A stretch of 64,000 bases of DNA from Camelus ferus (taxonomy: Eukaryota), in assembly GCF_009834535.1 (NCBI RefSeq), contig NC_045696.1:54624001-54688000 (forward strand), read 5' to 3'. Position numbers and translations under genes: made by a program. The notes under the pieces were generated by a model. That model worked only from the letters and a program-made list of their open reading frames with translations, ran no database searches and was not told the origin of the DNA. Every line of letters begins with the position of its first letter. Position 1 is the first letter of the stretch. Shown here one piece after another: positions 13,331 to 27,487 of this stretch.

Positions 13331-16300
13331 TCAAGATTTTTCAATTAAAAAGAGCTATCTGTATGTAATATTCCACTTAGATAACATAACTGCCAACTCA
13401 GCATACATTTTATTGTGGAACCTTCCTTCTTTCACCCAGCAGTACACTGTGAACATCACTCTAGGTCAATAAGTACACATCTACATTAACATTTTAAATT
13501 TATGTTAGAAAGAGTATATAATTTTATACATATCGTACAAAATATTTTATTGGCTCTCTGTTAATTAAATTTAATTCAATTCAATAAACACTTAGGGAGA
13601 GTCTGTTTGGTAGGCATGACACTAAAAGCACTGATCTGATCCCTGTTCCCAGTAGCTCTCAAGTGTCTTACAATTTATATAGTTCCCACCTCCCAACCTC
13701 TTTAAATATACCTCTCATTTCCTGGGCCTATAATCAAGGTATTTGTTAGCTATTCTGTGAATTCAGGATAGCATAGACAATCAACTCAGATACTTGTAGG
13801 AAAAGTTTAGGGATTCTCTATCAGCGAGCTCATCTCACCTCTGAATGAGTGATCGACAGTGTATTTTAGTAGCTTCTAACACTAGGGTCACTCAGTATCT
13901 TGCAGGCCAGAATAATCACACTGAATCAGAAAGAACAATACAAGCCCGTCAGTGAAGGATTGTGTGGCTAGGAAATCCATCACCTTTTATTGTCCCATTG
14001 AATTATGATGTGTCATCCTTCGTCTCTTTGTAATGCTCACACGTTGGCTCCCATTATTCTGTCAGTGTTTACTCTCTCAACTGTTTAACCCATTCTGTTT
14101 TTGCTAAATGCAGAAAAGTGAATAGTCTCTGCCAAGAGGAAGGTACCACAATAATGGAGAAAGGTTGATGGTTGTCAGAGCAATTTAATATTAAAAACCA
14201 TGTTAATACTGGGAAGTAAAACAGGGTCATGTTTCAAAATTTTGGTTAGAGTCCCATCCCATTTCCAACTGAATTTCTGTGTATTTATTTACCATTTTTG
14301 TTTATAATTTTATGGTGTCTGCTTCTAATTTATTTACCTTTTTTCTACTCAATGGCTTTGGGACAATACTGGTACTTATCCCACAGGGCCTTTTTGGCAA
14401 TTACATGAATTAATGTTTTAAAGCTCTCCAAACTGTGCCGACACACACTTAACAGCTCACTAAATGCTAGCTTTATGACCTTGAACAATCTTAAACTTCT
14501 CACCAGCAATGATTATCCATGTTTTGTAAGAGTGTGCACTTCCGTTGTAAAATATTAAATACTGAAAGGAAAGTAATCAAAACAAAAGACATAAAATAAC
14601 TACATTCAAACATATTCAACTGCTCACTGGATATTTCACTTGGATACCCAGGAATTTCAGCAAAATAAGTATGCTTAAGACTTTAAAAATCGTATTTCCA
14701 ATCCTCCTTGCACCATTTATCTTAATTCCTATTATTATTTTCACTTTTTCTTTTACTTCTGTATTCTCAACTCTATTCCTATCAGCTCATTCCCTTAGGT
14801 TTCCTTCTTCCAAGACTGGCTCACATGTGCCAGTTGATTCAGAATCTTTATTCTGTTTTGAACAAATTATTTTCCATTTTTGATTAAGACCATTTCTTCC
14901 TCTTGATCAATATGGCTTAGCCAAAATTACCAGTTGACAGTCTTTTCTAAGATTGTCACTTGTCCCTCCCCTGAACCCCACCACCTCCACCACCTCAAGG
15001 AGCTGGGATAAGAGATCTGTTTATTCTGTGCTCCCCAAGGGGCTTTAAACCCACTTTCTGCTTTCACTGTCTTTGAGGTTTCTTTTCTCTTCTTGTTTGT
15101 AATGAACTCAACTTGCCTCCAGCCAATACTCTGGCTCACCATTCCTCCATGTCCAGGAAATGCTTTGACATCATATTTCTTCAACCTTGGAATCCACTTG
15201 TGGCATTACCCCTTATCTTTTATCATCCTTTGAAATCAGAATCTCAAATCTGATATTTTCCCACCATCAGTCACCCAGCAGACTTTGTCACCCTATCTAC
15301 TATGTTCCAGATACTGTGTTAAGCACTGAGGACACAATGAAAAAAATACATCATCTTCTCTGCCCTACAGGGCTCCAGGTCCCCCCCCTCATCTTACCCA
15401 CCCCAAGAATGTAAATTTCATCTTCATCTTATCCTACAGTCTATTAATCCTCATTATTCTACCAGTCCATTGGTATCATTTTACCTTAGCTGACTGAACT
15501 CTGTCTATGATCAAACATTTCAGAAATAAACAATACCACAAAGTCCCTGGGCCTTCCATCATATCCACCTGCTAATCCACAGCCCTGAATTATTCTCATA
15601 GAATTATAATATCCCAAATGTTGTGGCAAAGTCTGCAAAAACATGCTGACTTAATATATACTACAATTCATTTCTTGGCTTGGCAATTCTATTATACATC
15701 CCTTGTTTGAATATTAAAGGTACAAAAGCATAAGAGTCTAAGATTAAATAACTGACAGCAGGGAATATGACTGTGGCTTGCCCCAGGTTTAACACAGGGG
15801 TTCAAGCCCTACAAAACTGGGCACAGGATCAAGCTGGGCCAGCAGCGGGACTGACATGATTCTGAGTCACCTACATGAACAAACTGAAGCGTCATAAATT
15901 TCTCCTCCCTAAAGAAAGAACTGTCCTCAAATCTGGCCAACGGTAAGCTGACAGTGTGAGGTGGGTAATTCTAAGGACTTCTTTATTATCTAATCCCTCC
16001 CAGCCCACAAGAGTCCATATGTCTCTCTTTATTGCTAATTTCGGCCTTAAGTACATACCACATCTTATCATTACGCACTGTTTCACATGAATATGACTTG
16101 TATTCTTATATAATCTGTAAACTTCTGAAAAGCAGGCTCTGTATTTTATATTTCTTTTGTATCCCTCCCTATCTCCAGCTACACAGAGTATGAAGTGAAT
16201 AGGTATCTAGTGAGGAACAGAATAAACTGGACTAACAGGATGAACAAAACTCTAAATACAGCTCCATTTGGTTCTAACTAGATGAATCTACATTATTTCT

Positions 16301-17689
16301 CCTGTTGGTGAATCTATACATTCCTGCTAATAACATATTTGAAAATGAATCACTCCTAGAGAAGGAATGTGCAGGATGTATGTTGAAACATAATATATAT
16401 CAATACAACTATAAATAGCCAAAATTATTCTTGAGAAACATAGAGAAATGGTTGAGATGTAACTAATGCAATTCTCCATCATACATGCGAAAATTATTTA
16501 CACTGTGTTATTTCTGAGTTCCCTACTCTTCCAACATTTCAGACTCAAAAAGCATCATTTTCTCCTAATGCATCTGTCCCCGATGTTGACCCCAGCCCAA
16601 GCACCATCAACATCTCTATAGCTGAACACTATATTTGATATCCTAGTCATCCTCTCATTTGCATCTTGTACATTTTACCTTCAAAGCAAGTGAAAGTCTA
16701 AAATAACATCCTCAAACGTGGAGAATATTTTCCTTTCTGCCGTCTTTCATTACCAGATGTCTCTATCACCTGGGCTCCAACAAAATCATGGAACACAATC
16801 AAGTATTCCTTTCAAACAACATTTCTATCCAAGAGTTCAGTTAGTATCTATCGTTAGCACCTAGGGTGTGTTAGATCATTTCACAATAACATTTAAATGA
16901 GCTAAATCTGACCAAATGCAATAGTCTATAAAAGGAACAAGAAACAACTTAAATTCAATTTTGACTACAGTAGACCATCTGAAAACAAACTGGCAGTCAA
17001 CGCATTTTTCATATGGCCATAGTTTTTTTTTTTTAATTTCTAACATATTTCAATGAAATCTGGTAGGTATGTAGCTGCCACAGAAATTCCATACTCTGGG
17101 AAATAGCAGAATCGCAGAACCATTAGTCTTCTGCATTATATAGACAAAACTGACTGTAGGAATATATTGAGGATTCATCAGTTGGTAATACTTCCTTGGA
17201 TACATTTAATAACAGGTGTTCAAGATAAGTCAGACATGGAAACAAGACAATTTCACTGGTTCTCTGAACAAAGGAGTTAGAGAGTTGACTATTAATTAGA
17301 TTACACAAACCTCAAGAGTAATTAAAAAATAGACTAGAATTCAAATTCCCTTGAGATGTTGGAAAAGTAACCATGCACACAAAGTTCTAGGAATAAAAAT
17401 GAGTAATGCTTGCTTGCTGTTTGTGAAGGAACAATGAAAAAAAAAATGGGAAGACAGACAAGTGTACAAATCCAGAAGTCAAAATTTACTAGCCAAATAG
17501 CAACATACTTAAATCTATCCATTAAAGAAATATATACTTGGCATCTACTCAGAACAAATCATTGATACAGAAAAGGCTGGGATGCATGATTGTTAGGCTA
17601 AAGTTTAGGAAACCACTCAGTCACACCATAGACAGAATGGCATACTGGCCAGATTTCTGACCTCTCCAATAAGGGACAAAAAGCAAATG

Positions 17690-17940
17690 CATTCAAGTAA
17701 TTTAGGACAACAGAAAGATTTGAGGATAATATTTATTGAAAATATTTGAGGAAAACTTGAGATTGGGATTATTCATCCTTCAATTAAATATATAAATATG
17801 TGGAGTTTCACATTTGTTTTTACAAAAGTGGTAATGAGCAGTTGTTTTCCATTTTCAGAAAGAGCGAAAATGAGAAAATATGTCCAAATTTAAGCAGAAA
17901 TCATTGAAGAGCACTGTAAATAATATTTTCTTGAAAAAAA
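17690..17940 (+). mobile_element. CR1/L3 LINE relic
   Basis: 'ggtaatgagcagttgttttccatt...gagaaaatatgtccaaatttaagcagaaa' resembles the CR1/L3 3' region. Highly diverged. Confidence 0.5.
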
Positions 17941-20642
17941 TATCACTGTACATCGTGAAACCTGAGGTTTATTATTCTTCCCCATATGTCATTATAGGCA
18001 GAAGAGATTTTCATTTCCCTGGGATGCCTAATAACCTTGCTTAAAGAGTTCAGTGTTTCTGAATCTCTGGAGGTAATGAGGACCATAGGGGGACTTGCTT
18101 TAGGTCTAGAAAAGTAATGTGGTCAGAGGAATGGTCAAGATTTGAATAAGAAGCCTAAATACTTTGGATAGCAAGCTGCCAGGTAAACAAGATGCCCTGT
18201 GACACTTTCACCTTTAGGTCATAAAGACATGAGTCAGATGATATGCTTAGTGCAAGCAGGTGAGTTATAGGTGCTAAATGTTCCTAAAAGACAAGACTAA
18301 AGAGCCTTCTGAAAATGGGGTGGTAAATCACTCCCCACTGGCAGAGCCAGCTATGGTACACTGAGGCTCCTCCACCTAAATTAAACAAAGGATGGCACTG
18401 GAAAATGTTGGCTACTTGTAGCTGACAGCTCCTGAGTGAACTGGCATCTTGCTTGCTGCTAATGACCACTAAGTTCTTCTCCAGGGAATCGTCACTAAGG
18501 CTGGCAATTAAAACTTATGAAAAGCAATCAAACGCGAGAGACCCTGCCTCCGAACTCAATCTTCTTTCCTTGATGAGACCCCGATGAGGGCTAAAAAGAT
18601 CCTAACATTACTCACAAAGTCCACTATGAACACAAAGAGTGTGCTTGTGAAGATTAAAGCTTGAACTGCACTACTGTTCTGAATCTTACTGAAAGGTTAC
18701 ATGCCATTATGTTATACCCACACTCTCCTCTAAGGGAGACACCTCAGTTTGGCGGTACATTCTAATACAAGTTTTTGAAATGGGTGTTACAACCCAATAA
18801 TTCACAGACAGCAGAATTAATGCAGAATTGCTTATTTTCAAAAATAATGGAAAGGCATAGAAAATACAAAAATTCATCACAAGTAGTAAGGCCACATATT
18901 ACTTTGCGAAGCTGTTGTTTCTGTGATACATTTGTGCGGTGGTGTGGATGTAAATGTGAATATGCACAAATACAGTGGACCATGATATAAAGTATGTTTT
19001 TATATGTTCAGGTGTGCAACATGAAGTACAATGCTCTAAGAGATGAGTAGAGTCTTCAAATTAAGGGGACATCTCTGTGCACATACAACACTAAACAGCA
19101 TGGGAATAAACAAAATTATCAAACACCAGATGTTTCCAAAACATCTGGACACTTCATAGCATGTTGACAAAATATCTGAATGTCTGGTTGTCTATTCCTC
19201 TTATTTTCTGAATGTTTACTTTAATAAAACATATCCATGAGTAGTGGCTCAGATATGTCAATTCTTGCAACAATTTCACTTCCATTCTTAAATTACAAAG
19301 TATGCTCATTAAGTCTCCTACACAACTAAACTGCTTTCTTCCCTAGAATAAGAGAATTCAACCCAGCGTTGAGAAGAAAATTTTATTATATGTGTTAAAG
19401 TCAAAGGGAAGTTCAAAAATGCACAAGTAACCACAACCTGAACTAATGTACACAATGAGACATTGTTTACAAATGAAAATGATACTGGGATGTGCAATAA
19501 ATGGAAAATGAGAAAAAATCATTGGACTCCCTTCAGTATCTGTGACATTTTAATTATAGCAGCATTTCATTGTGGTCTTCCTCATTAAGTTATAAGCAAG
19601 CAAGCCAATCTATGAGTTGAGATCTGGCTATAAGAGGAGCATGCTGAGATGTAGGTTTAATACCAATAATGATTTGACAACTTTAGATATGTAAGAATTA
19701 CAACAAAAAAATGGCTACTATAGGAAAAAATACAGACATTCTCAAAAAATCACTCTCCAGATTTTAATGGTGTTTTTCATCACAATTCCTGACAGATTCT
19801 GGGAAAAAATAAAAAATAAAAGAAGAACTTTTTCTCCTCATTCCCATGCCTTCAGCGCATAATCTATTACAATTCCAATTTACTAATTTTGGTCACTTCT
19901 AATTTCTGAAAAGCAAATCTATGAAAAAAGAACTTCTTTTGCTCAGGCCTTTAAGTCCATTTTTTCTGCATAATTTTCCCTAGTGGTTCAAGGTGGTTGT
20001 CAGCTGAGTTTGCATTGTCCTGGGAATTTCCACAAGGACTCCAGAACAAATCCGTGGAGTCAGCACACTGCTCAACAAAGAAAGAATTTGAGTAATCTAA
20101 AAGTTTCTTTTCATAACCTCTTGTTGAGCTGTGCCTCTTGGTAAACAGTGAAATACCAGAACAGAATAAATACAAAGAACAAGAAAGCACCAACAAAAAC
20201 CAAAACAAGAACAACTCCCAATAAAAATGGGAGTAGTATTGCTGCTGTCTAAGCCTGAATTTCAGACCCAGATAAAAAAACAAAACAGGGAAGTTGTCTT
20301 ATCAGCTGAAGAATCTGGAATGAATCAGAAGACCTCTGCCTGGATTTTCCAGATTAATTATATGGCTAGTCTACAGTTCTAGGTTATCAGGTACTTGTGA
20401 AATTTTACATACTCAACTTCTCAGGATCTCGTTAGATTAGATCTTGGGATAGAGCATCCTGCCTTATTCCTAGCAGATGTCTGACATGAGCTGACTGACT
20501 AGTTTTAATACACAAACCACTATAGAGCTTCTGGCTGGTCTGGTTACACTAAGAAAGAACTGTGTGATTCACCTGGGAAACCTTCATGAAAACACAACTT
20601 TTCAACACCGAGGGAGATATTCAAGTGCTTAAAAAATACCAC

Positions 20643-21315
20643 CTCTATATAAATATACCACAACATCTTTATCCAGTCATCTGTTGATGGACATTAGGTT
20701 ATTTCCATGTCTTGGCTATTGCATATACTGCTGCTATGAACACAGGGGGTGTGTCTCTTTATGAATTAAGGTTCCCTCTGGATATATGCCCAGGAGTGGG
20801 ATTGCTAGATCATTTGGTAAGTCTACTTTTAGTCTTTGGAGGAATCTCCACATAAAACAATAAAATAATGCCATTTGCAGCAATGTGGATGGACCTGGAG
20901 ATTGTCATTCTAAGTGAAGTAAGCCAGAAAGAGAAAATTACCACATAATATCACTTATATGTGGAATCTAAAAAAAAGACAAATGAACTTATTTACAAAA
21001 CAGAAACAAACTCACAGATATAGAAAACAAACTTATGATTACTGTGGGGGATGGGGTGGGAAGGGATAAATTGGAAGTTCAAGATTTGTAGATACTAAAA
21101 TATATATATAAAATAGATAAATAACAAGTTCATACTGCATAGCACAGGGAACTATATTCAGTATATTGTAGTAACATGGTGAAAAATATGAAAACAAATA
21201 CATGTTCACATATGACTGAAGCATTATTCTGTACACCAGAAATTGACACATTGTAAACTGACTATATTTCAATAAAATATATGCATACAAAAAAAGAAAA
21301 TTAATCAAAACATTA
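20643..21315 (+). mobile_element. L1 3' end with 5' inversion (about 20645-20853 inverted, 20854-21315 sense)
   Basis: Reverse-orientation L1 ORF2 tail ('catctgttgatggacattaggttatttccatgtcttggctattg') joins sense L1 ('aatgccatttgcagcaatgtggatggacctggag...'). A-rich tail; TSD aaaaaataccac at 20631-20642 and 21316-21327. Confidence 0.93.
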
Positions 21316-24024
21316 AAAAAATACCACTCCTAAACAGACTATTAAGATGAGGAAACAAATATAAACCAAAGCTGAGACGAAGCTGATACGCATCAAGATT
21401 TTTTAAGAAGAGATTCCTAAATGATAGAGAAACACTGCTAACAGCTCCTCATGTCCCTCTCTGTATCTATCTGCCTTCAAGCGTTCTCCAGAGCCCAACC
21501 CCCACGTTTACCCATGTTCTGTAGCTACTGTATAAGGAAGGTTTTATTGTGGTTTCTGTGTAAATAAAATATATCTTAAGAGAGACTGAGTACGCATGTG
21601 TCCTAATAAGCATTTAGGTCAATTTTTATTCTATTTGGACTCGTTCTTCTATTTCTTTAACAAAAATAAAACATACAGAAGAGAGAAAAAATTTAACTGA
21701 GTAGAAAAACACTTGGGACAGGTAAAGCTCAGCAGTATCCCAAGTGGCAGGGTTTTCGATAGAACAGTTCTATCTCATGTGACACTCTCCAAGCTATTTT
21801 ATTATCTGCACTAAAACGTCAGCAAAGGTAGATGTAGCTCCTAAGATCCTCTGCTAGGCTTCCCATCTCCACACACCACCCTGCTGCAGGCCACAGGCAG
21901 AATTAAGCATAGCAAGCAGTATCTCATTGACCTGGAACATATTCTGTGTCTCAGAAGGCAGCACCATCTCCATGCACAAGGGCAACACGGTCCCTGGGTG
22001 GGGATCCACTTTCTTCTTCCAGGGAGAGATGGAAAACTCCTACTGCTGCTCAATTTGAATTTGTTTCATCAAATTTGCCCAGACTTATCTGAATGTATCT
22101 GGACTGAAAATTTTCTCTCAGTTTTATTGCTAGTATACTCGTGAAAAACCACAGAGATTCCCAATAAGCTCAGACATCTATAGGGAGAACAAAAAAGTTT
22201 GACAATGAAAAAATTCCCATTTTCGAAGGCACATGTACAGTGCCAAGCAAAGGGTTATGTACCCAGAACTCGCGTGTGGATAATGTTTTCTTACACCATC
22301 TAAAACGGAAACTTGACTTGTCTGATTCAGGACAGAAGGTAAATGACCACAAGCAGCAATACCTTCAGAGGAGACTTGTGAAAGGCATTAGCTTTCTAAA
22401 AGCAATCCAAAATAATCCATGCTAAGAACTGCGGTCACACACCCAACGTTGACTTCTGCAGGAGAGGAGGAAAAAGTTAATTCTGCATAAAGGAAGGAGA
22501 GAAAGGCACCTACCACTCGGGAGGAGGAGACTGGTTGCAAACCCCAGTGGACCTCTGGGCTTCTATAAAGGACAACAGTTTCTACTTGCCACCATCCTTC
22601 CCTATCTCTGCTCCTTCCCTCCCACCAAAATGTGCAGCTGCTGAAGCCCAGAGTCGATTGTGACAAGGGCAGCTGCCAAGAACAACAACAACAGCAAAAA
22701 TATGCTAATGACGCTCTCAATACTGCCAGTTCTTCAATTCCATTCAATTATCTGTACCTTTTCTCCTGATTTCCATCACTTCAGGGCGTTATTTATCAAG
22801 TGCTCCATAATTAATCAGGCACCAAGCTTGACTGTGCTAATGAGACTCTATTTACAGCACCCCTCCCCCAAGCCGTTCTCCATCCCAAATCCTCACTCCT
22901 ACTGTACAGAGCCTCCTTCTCCTTTTCCTTTATATAGTGGCCTTGAGGCTTTTGAAATGATCCCAATAAGAAGAGCTCCTCCTGACAGGCTTAAGAAGAA
23001 TTAACATATAAGCGATGCCAGTTCCCCACTGGTTATCCATCATCACTCACCTAAAGATAGGCACTTGCTCTGTTTGCAGTGAGTGACTCATAAATCCACT
23101 GTCATCCCCACTTCTCCTTCCTATTTTCTCCATCCCATCTCAACCTTGAGCTCTCTAAGTCACAGTCCCACCACTATCCCCCTTACATTTTTATTCACCT
23201 TTGGGCTGTTTTTCTTTTTGCCATTTCTTCTTGCTCACACCTTTATAATTATTCTGTTTTTCCCTTCCTTTTAGTCTACTTACACAGTTAGTATTTTTCA
23301 TTCTATCTAGGTAAAAGTCTCCGAAGATTTGTAATTCTTCTTTCTCTGTTCTTTGTAGAAGTTTTCCTGCATTTTATTTGTTTGGCAATGTTCTAATTTT
23401 CAATAAAACAAAAAATCTTTCCCCTTTTTAATTCTGTTTGTAGGGCACTCTAATCTTTAATTCATTCTTCTGGCTAGACTAGCCATGATTTGAGGGTGCT
23501 GTTTGAGACAGAGCTGTCCTCTACATCAGTCTAGGGCTTTCCAGTTAGTCTCTGCCTCCGAAGGCAGAACCCCTCTGCTGAACACATAACCACCAAGAGT
23601 AATCTGCACAGGAATTAAAGTCAGATCCTGCTCGCCCATTCTTTTTTCCAAGTTCTCTCAGAACTCAACCTCAGATAGAAAAAGCTATGTAAATATCACT
23701 TTTCACTCTATCTCTTTATAGTTGAGTTTAAAAAGTTATTATTCCTAAAATTCAGAGACTGACTGACTACAGTCACCTCTAGAAACGGGGAAGTTGAGAT
23801 TAAAAAAAGTAACAAGCCCAATGTAAAGTAACCTAATTTTTAAGTGCCAATGTGAAGACTTCAATCACATTCTTTTGAATCCTACTTCAAGGCTTTAAAG
23901 TTACATTCTGTAAGTCCAAAAACTGGATAGGATAAATCGACCCAAAGCCTCATATTAATCCTTAGCTTTCTCCCTCTCTTACAAGTTATCAAATGGAGTT
24001 CCTTTTAGGAAATTTAAAAGAAAA

Positions 24025-24273
24025 GGGAGCTAAAAATCTGTAGATACTGACAGGCATATGCATAATAAACAAGATTATACTGTATATAGCACAGGGAGAT
24101 ATATACAAGATTTTGTCATAGTTCACAGTGAAAAAAATGTGACAATGAATATATGTATGTTCATGTATAACTGAAAAATCATGCTCTACACTGGAATTTG
24201 TCACAACATTGTAAAATGACTATAACTCAGTAGAAAACAATGTAAAAATAAAATAAAATAAAATAAAATAAAG
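24025..24273 (+). mobile_element. Short L1 3' end (cetartiodactyl/camelid type) with (AAAAT)n tail
   Basis: 'aaacaagattatactgtatatagcacaggg...acaacattgtaaaatgactataactca' followed by AAAAT repeats. Confidence 0.88.
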
Positions 24274-24914
24274 TAAGTTTTAATTCTACCAATGTACATG
24301 CTTAAAAAAAAAAAACTGACCACTGGTCTGTAAACCAAATGATACCCAAGAACAACCTAATGCAAACCTAATATATTCCTGTCTCCTAGAGTCTGTGCAA
24401 CTCCAATACTGAAACCATATTTAGACAAAAACCAAAAATACAAATACAGAAAAAAAAATTATTCCAAAATTATCATTTTCATACTTATTTTAAATATGGT
24501 TTAGTTATAAGTTTACTGAGGGTTTGGGTGTTGATTTTTTTTTAATCCACCAACTACTTTGCTTCAAATTGGAACCTCTGCAAGTGTGAACTTAAAGAAA
24601 ACTAAAAACAAAATCAAAGCTATATAACTGAATTTTTTCTGAATACAGGGAGGCCTCTCTCCATGGACATAAGCAGACAACTGAAGTGTCTTGAGAAGAG
24701 GAAGAGCTGGATAAAATTTCGTAAATGAAAATAAATGTAGATTACTGAAGTCCTCCACTCAAATATAGTTAAGTCATTCACTCATTTCCTTTTTATGATC
24801 AACACTTTTTGTATGCTACTTAAGGACTCTTTGCCTTAGTGGCATTCTGTCATTTGCCATTCTCACTGAGATCTGCACATTTTCCAATGACAATAAATAC
24901 AAAGATATAATAAA

Positions 24915-25375
24915 ATACATGTATAAGAAAGTTCATAGAAACTCTACTCCTAACAACTCATAACAGGAAATAACCATAATGTATATCCCCAGTAGAATGG
25001 ACAAATAAAGTGGGATATATTTGTATATTAAAATATTATAGAGCAATAGTATATGCAACCACATGGATGAGTCTCATAATCAAAATACTGAGCAACAGAA
25101 TCCAAAGACAAAGTGTGCATACCATATGACCCCACCTGTATAAATTTCAGAAGCAAGTAAAACAAATCTGTGGTGCCAGACAGTGCTTATCCTTAGGGGT
25201 AGGTGCTGCAACGTGTGGGCAGGGGCATATAGGACAGCTTCTGGGGAATGGCAGTGGTCTATTTTTTGACCTAGATGATAGCACTACAGATGTACACTTG
25301 TAATTTATAAACTTTTCTGTATCTATTTTACATCAATAAAAATCACCTAAACTAAAAAATAATAAAAATAAAATA
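24915..25375 (+). mobile_element. Old L1 (L1ME/L1MC-like) 3' end
   Basis: 'cagtagaatggacaaataaagtgggatatat...atgcaaccacatggatgagtctcataatc...ggtctattttttgacctagatg...catcaataaaa' followed by an A-rich tail. Confidence 0.8.
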
Positions 25376-25499
25376 CAGATTTCACTCTGGCCTTCGTGAA
25401 AAAAAAAAAAAAACTGTACAGGGGGAAAGATGTTTCATCAGAAAGTGCTTCTAGCATTAGTCTAAGCCTAAAGAAAAAGAAGTGAAAGAAAAAATATTA

Positions 25500-25950
25500 A
25501 AATCACCAGCCAGTATTTTTTTTAACACCTACTATGTGTACATCCACAAATAAAAAACACACTTGATCTCAAGGTAAAGAGAGGATCTAGACAGGTGTTT
25601 GAGGCTGAGACAGAATCTGAAGAAAAACACATTAACAAACAGAAATACAAGTGGATGTTAATCTGTGACTACTGTTTTGCACACTCTCCAACTGAGGTCA
25701 AAGCAACATATGCAATAGAAATATTTGAGATACTATGTGACTAGAGAAAGCAATGAGGTTAACACAAGGATCATGAATCTGGAAATCACCTGAAGAAAAG
25801 AGAGAGCAAGGGAAACAATAGAAGAATAAAAGGCTAAGAACCAAACTTGGAATATGTGGACACTTAGTGGGTAAAGCAGGTTAGGAATGGAGGAGGCAGA
25901 AAGACATTAAGAGAATCTGAATGGTAAAGTACATTATCATAGAAGCCCTA
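25500..25950 (-). mobile_element. L2 LINE fragment
   Basis: Purine-rich L2-antisense-like tract ('aacacctactatgtgt', 'gcaatgaggttaacacaagg...ggctaagaaccaaacttgg'). Confidence 0.5.
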
Positions 25951-25954
25951 GCCA

Positions 25955-26280
25955 AAGCAGTAATTGGAACTGTACACAAATATTCCATCTCTCTTTTTGA
26001 GCCTAAGATAGTATTGTTTCCTGCCCACTTTGAAGTTAGGAGCAACCAGGTAATTTGATTTATTCAATAAAATGTGAACAACTTTAATGTGTGTCTCTTC
26101 TGGATAGAGCCTTTAATAAGCAGTATAAGACTTGCCAAAATTCGTTCCTCCTGCTATAGTGATATAGATTCTCCATCAGTCTGGGTTCTGGAGTGATTAT
26201 AATGTACAGACTGCCCCAATCTCTAGCTCCTCTTGGACATGCAGCATGAGTGCAAAGAAAACGAAGCATTCTTTGTACCC
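25955..26280 (+). mobile_element. MaLR LTR, MLT1I/J-like
   Basis: 'ttcctgcccactttgaagttagg', 'gtgtgtctcttctggatagagcctttaataagcagt', 'ctccatcagtctgggttctggagtga', 'tggacatgcagcatgagtg'. Confidence 0.78.
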
Positions 26281-26479
26281 CTGTCTTGTGGACCTCACCT
26301 ACCCTATAAAACATCAATTTGAGATCAGTTCTACAATTCAGTCTTTTCTGTTTCTACATTCAGGTGGCAGAGCACTACTAGTAGAACAGGTAATCACGCT
26401 GCTACAAATCCTCAATCTGCAAAATCAGTGGGGTCTCAGCAACCCTTTTATCTGAACTCAGACAGTTCCCTCTCCTATT

Positions 26480-27487
26480 TCCACATTTACAAACCTTAAT
26501 CATTTTCCTCTAGACCCCACGCAGTCTCAGCAGAGCATCTTGTCTCCTGAATCAACAAGAGCTCTAAGTCTGTAAGATATATTCTTCTGTATATTCCCAC
26601 TTGCTCCCTTCTACTAACTTAAATTCACCTGTACTCATCCTTATCCTCTTTCTTTCAGTCTTCTAGAATGAAGTATCCTTATTTCTGATTAAGCATATCC
26701 TTCACCTAAACAATTTAGTACTTCCTCTTCTGGGACCTTGCTCCACTATACAGTCCTTTTCTTCCCATGATATTTAGTTTGTTACTCTTAACTGATTCCT
26801 CTCCCTTTTTGGTCTATAAATATGCCATTAAACCTAGCATGAAATTAAATCTCCCTCTAGCTTTCATGTAATTTCCATCTCATCCACAAAGAGAAGCAGG
26901 CTTACTCCTAAATCCACTCTAATCTTACATCTTACATTCTGCTGCGAACTATTCTTATCAGAACCACTAAAGACAAAATGATTGCCAATTAGATGTACAT
27001 AACTAAATCTCTCTCTTATTCTTGGTTGAAGTTAAAGCTGCTGATTTCTTCCTTACTGAAACTCTCTAGTCTCTTGCTGTCTTAACTCTACATTATCCTC
27101 GTTCTCCATGTATCACTATCCATTCTCTCTCCTTCTTTGTCATAGATAGCTTTTCCTCCAGACAAGCTTGTCGTGTTGATGATCTCTATAGAGTTCCCTC
27201 CTTGGCCCACTCTTCTTCTCACTCTGCACGTCTCCCTCAATGATTTCATTTGTCCACATGATTTCAACATTTTTTGTAGGCTATGACTTCTAAACCTCAA
27301 TCTCTTGTTCCAGATCTCTTCCTTTAGATTGAAATCCATAATCACCTAATATCTTGTAGATATCTCAAAGATAGTATGTCCAAAACTAAATTCTTTTTTT
27401 TTCACCCTAACCCATTCTTCTTCTTATATTCTCCAAGTTAATGAGATTACTAGCCATTGACCCAAGACAAAATCTGAGAGTGATCCC
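26480..27487 (+). mobile_element. L2 LINE, left part
   Basis: 'agtatgtccaaaactaaattc...cccattcttcttcttatattctcc...cccaagacaaaatctgagagtgatcc' matches the L2 3' region. Confidence 0.7.
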
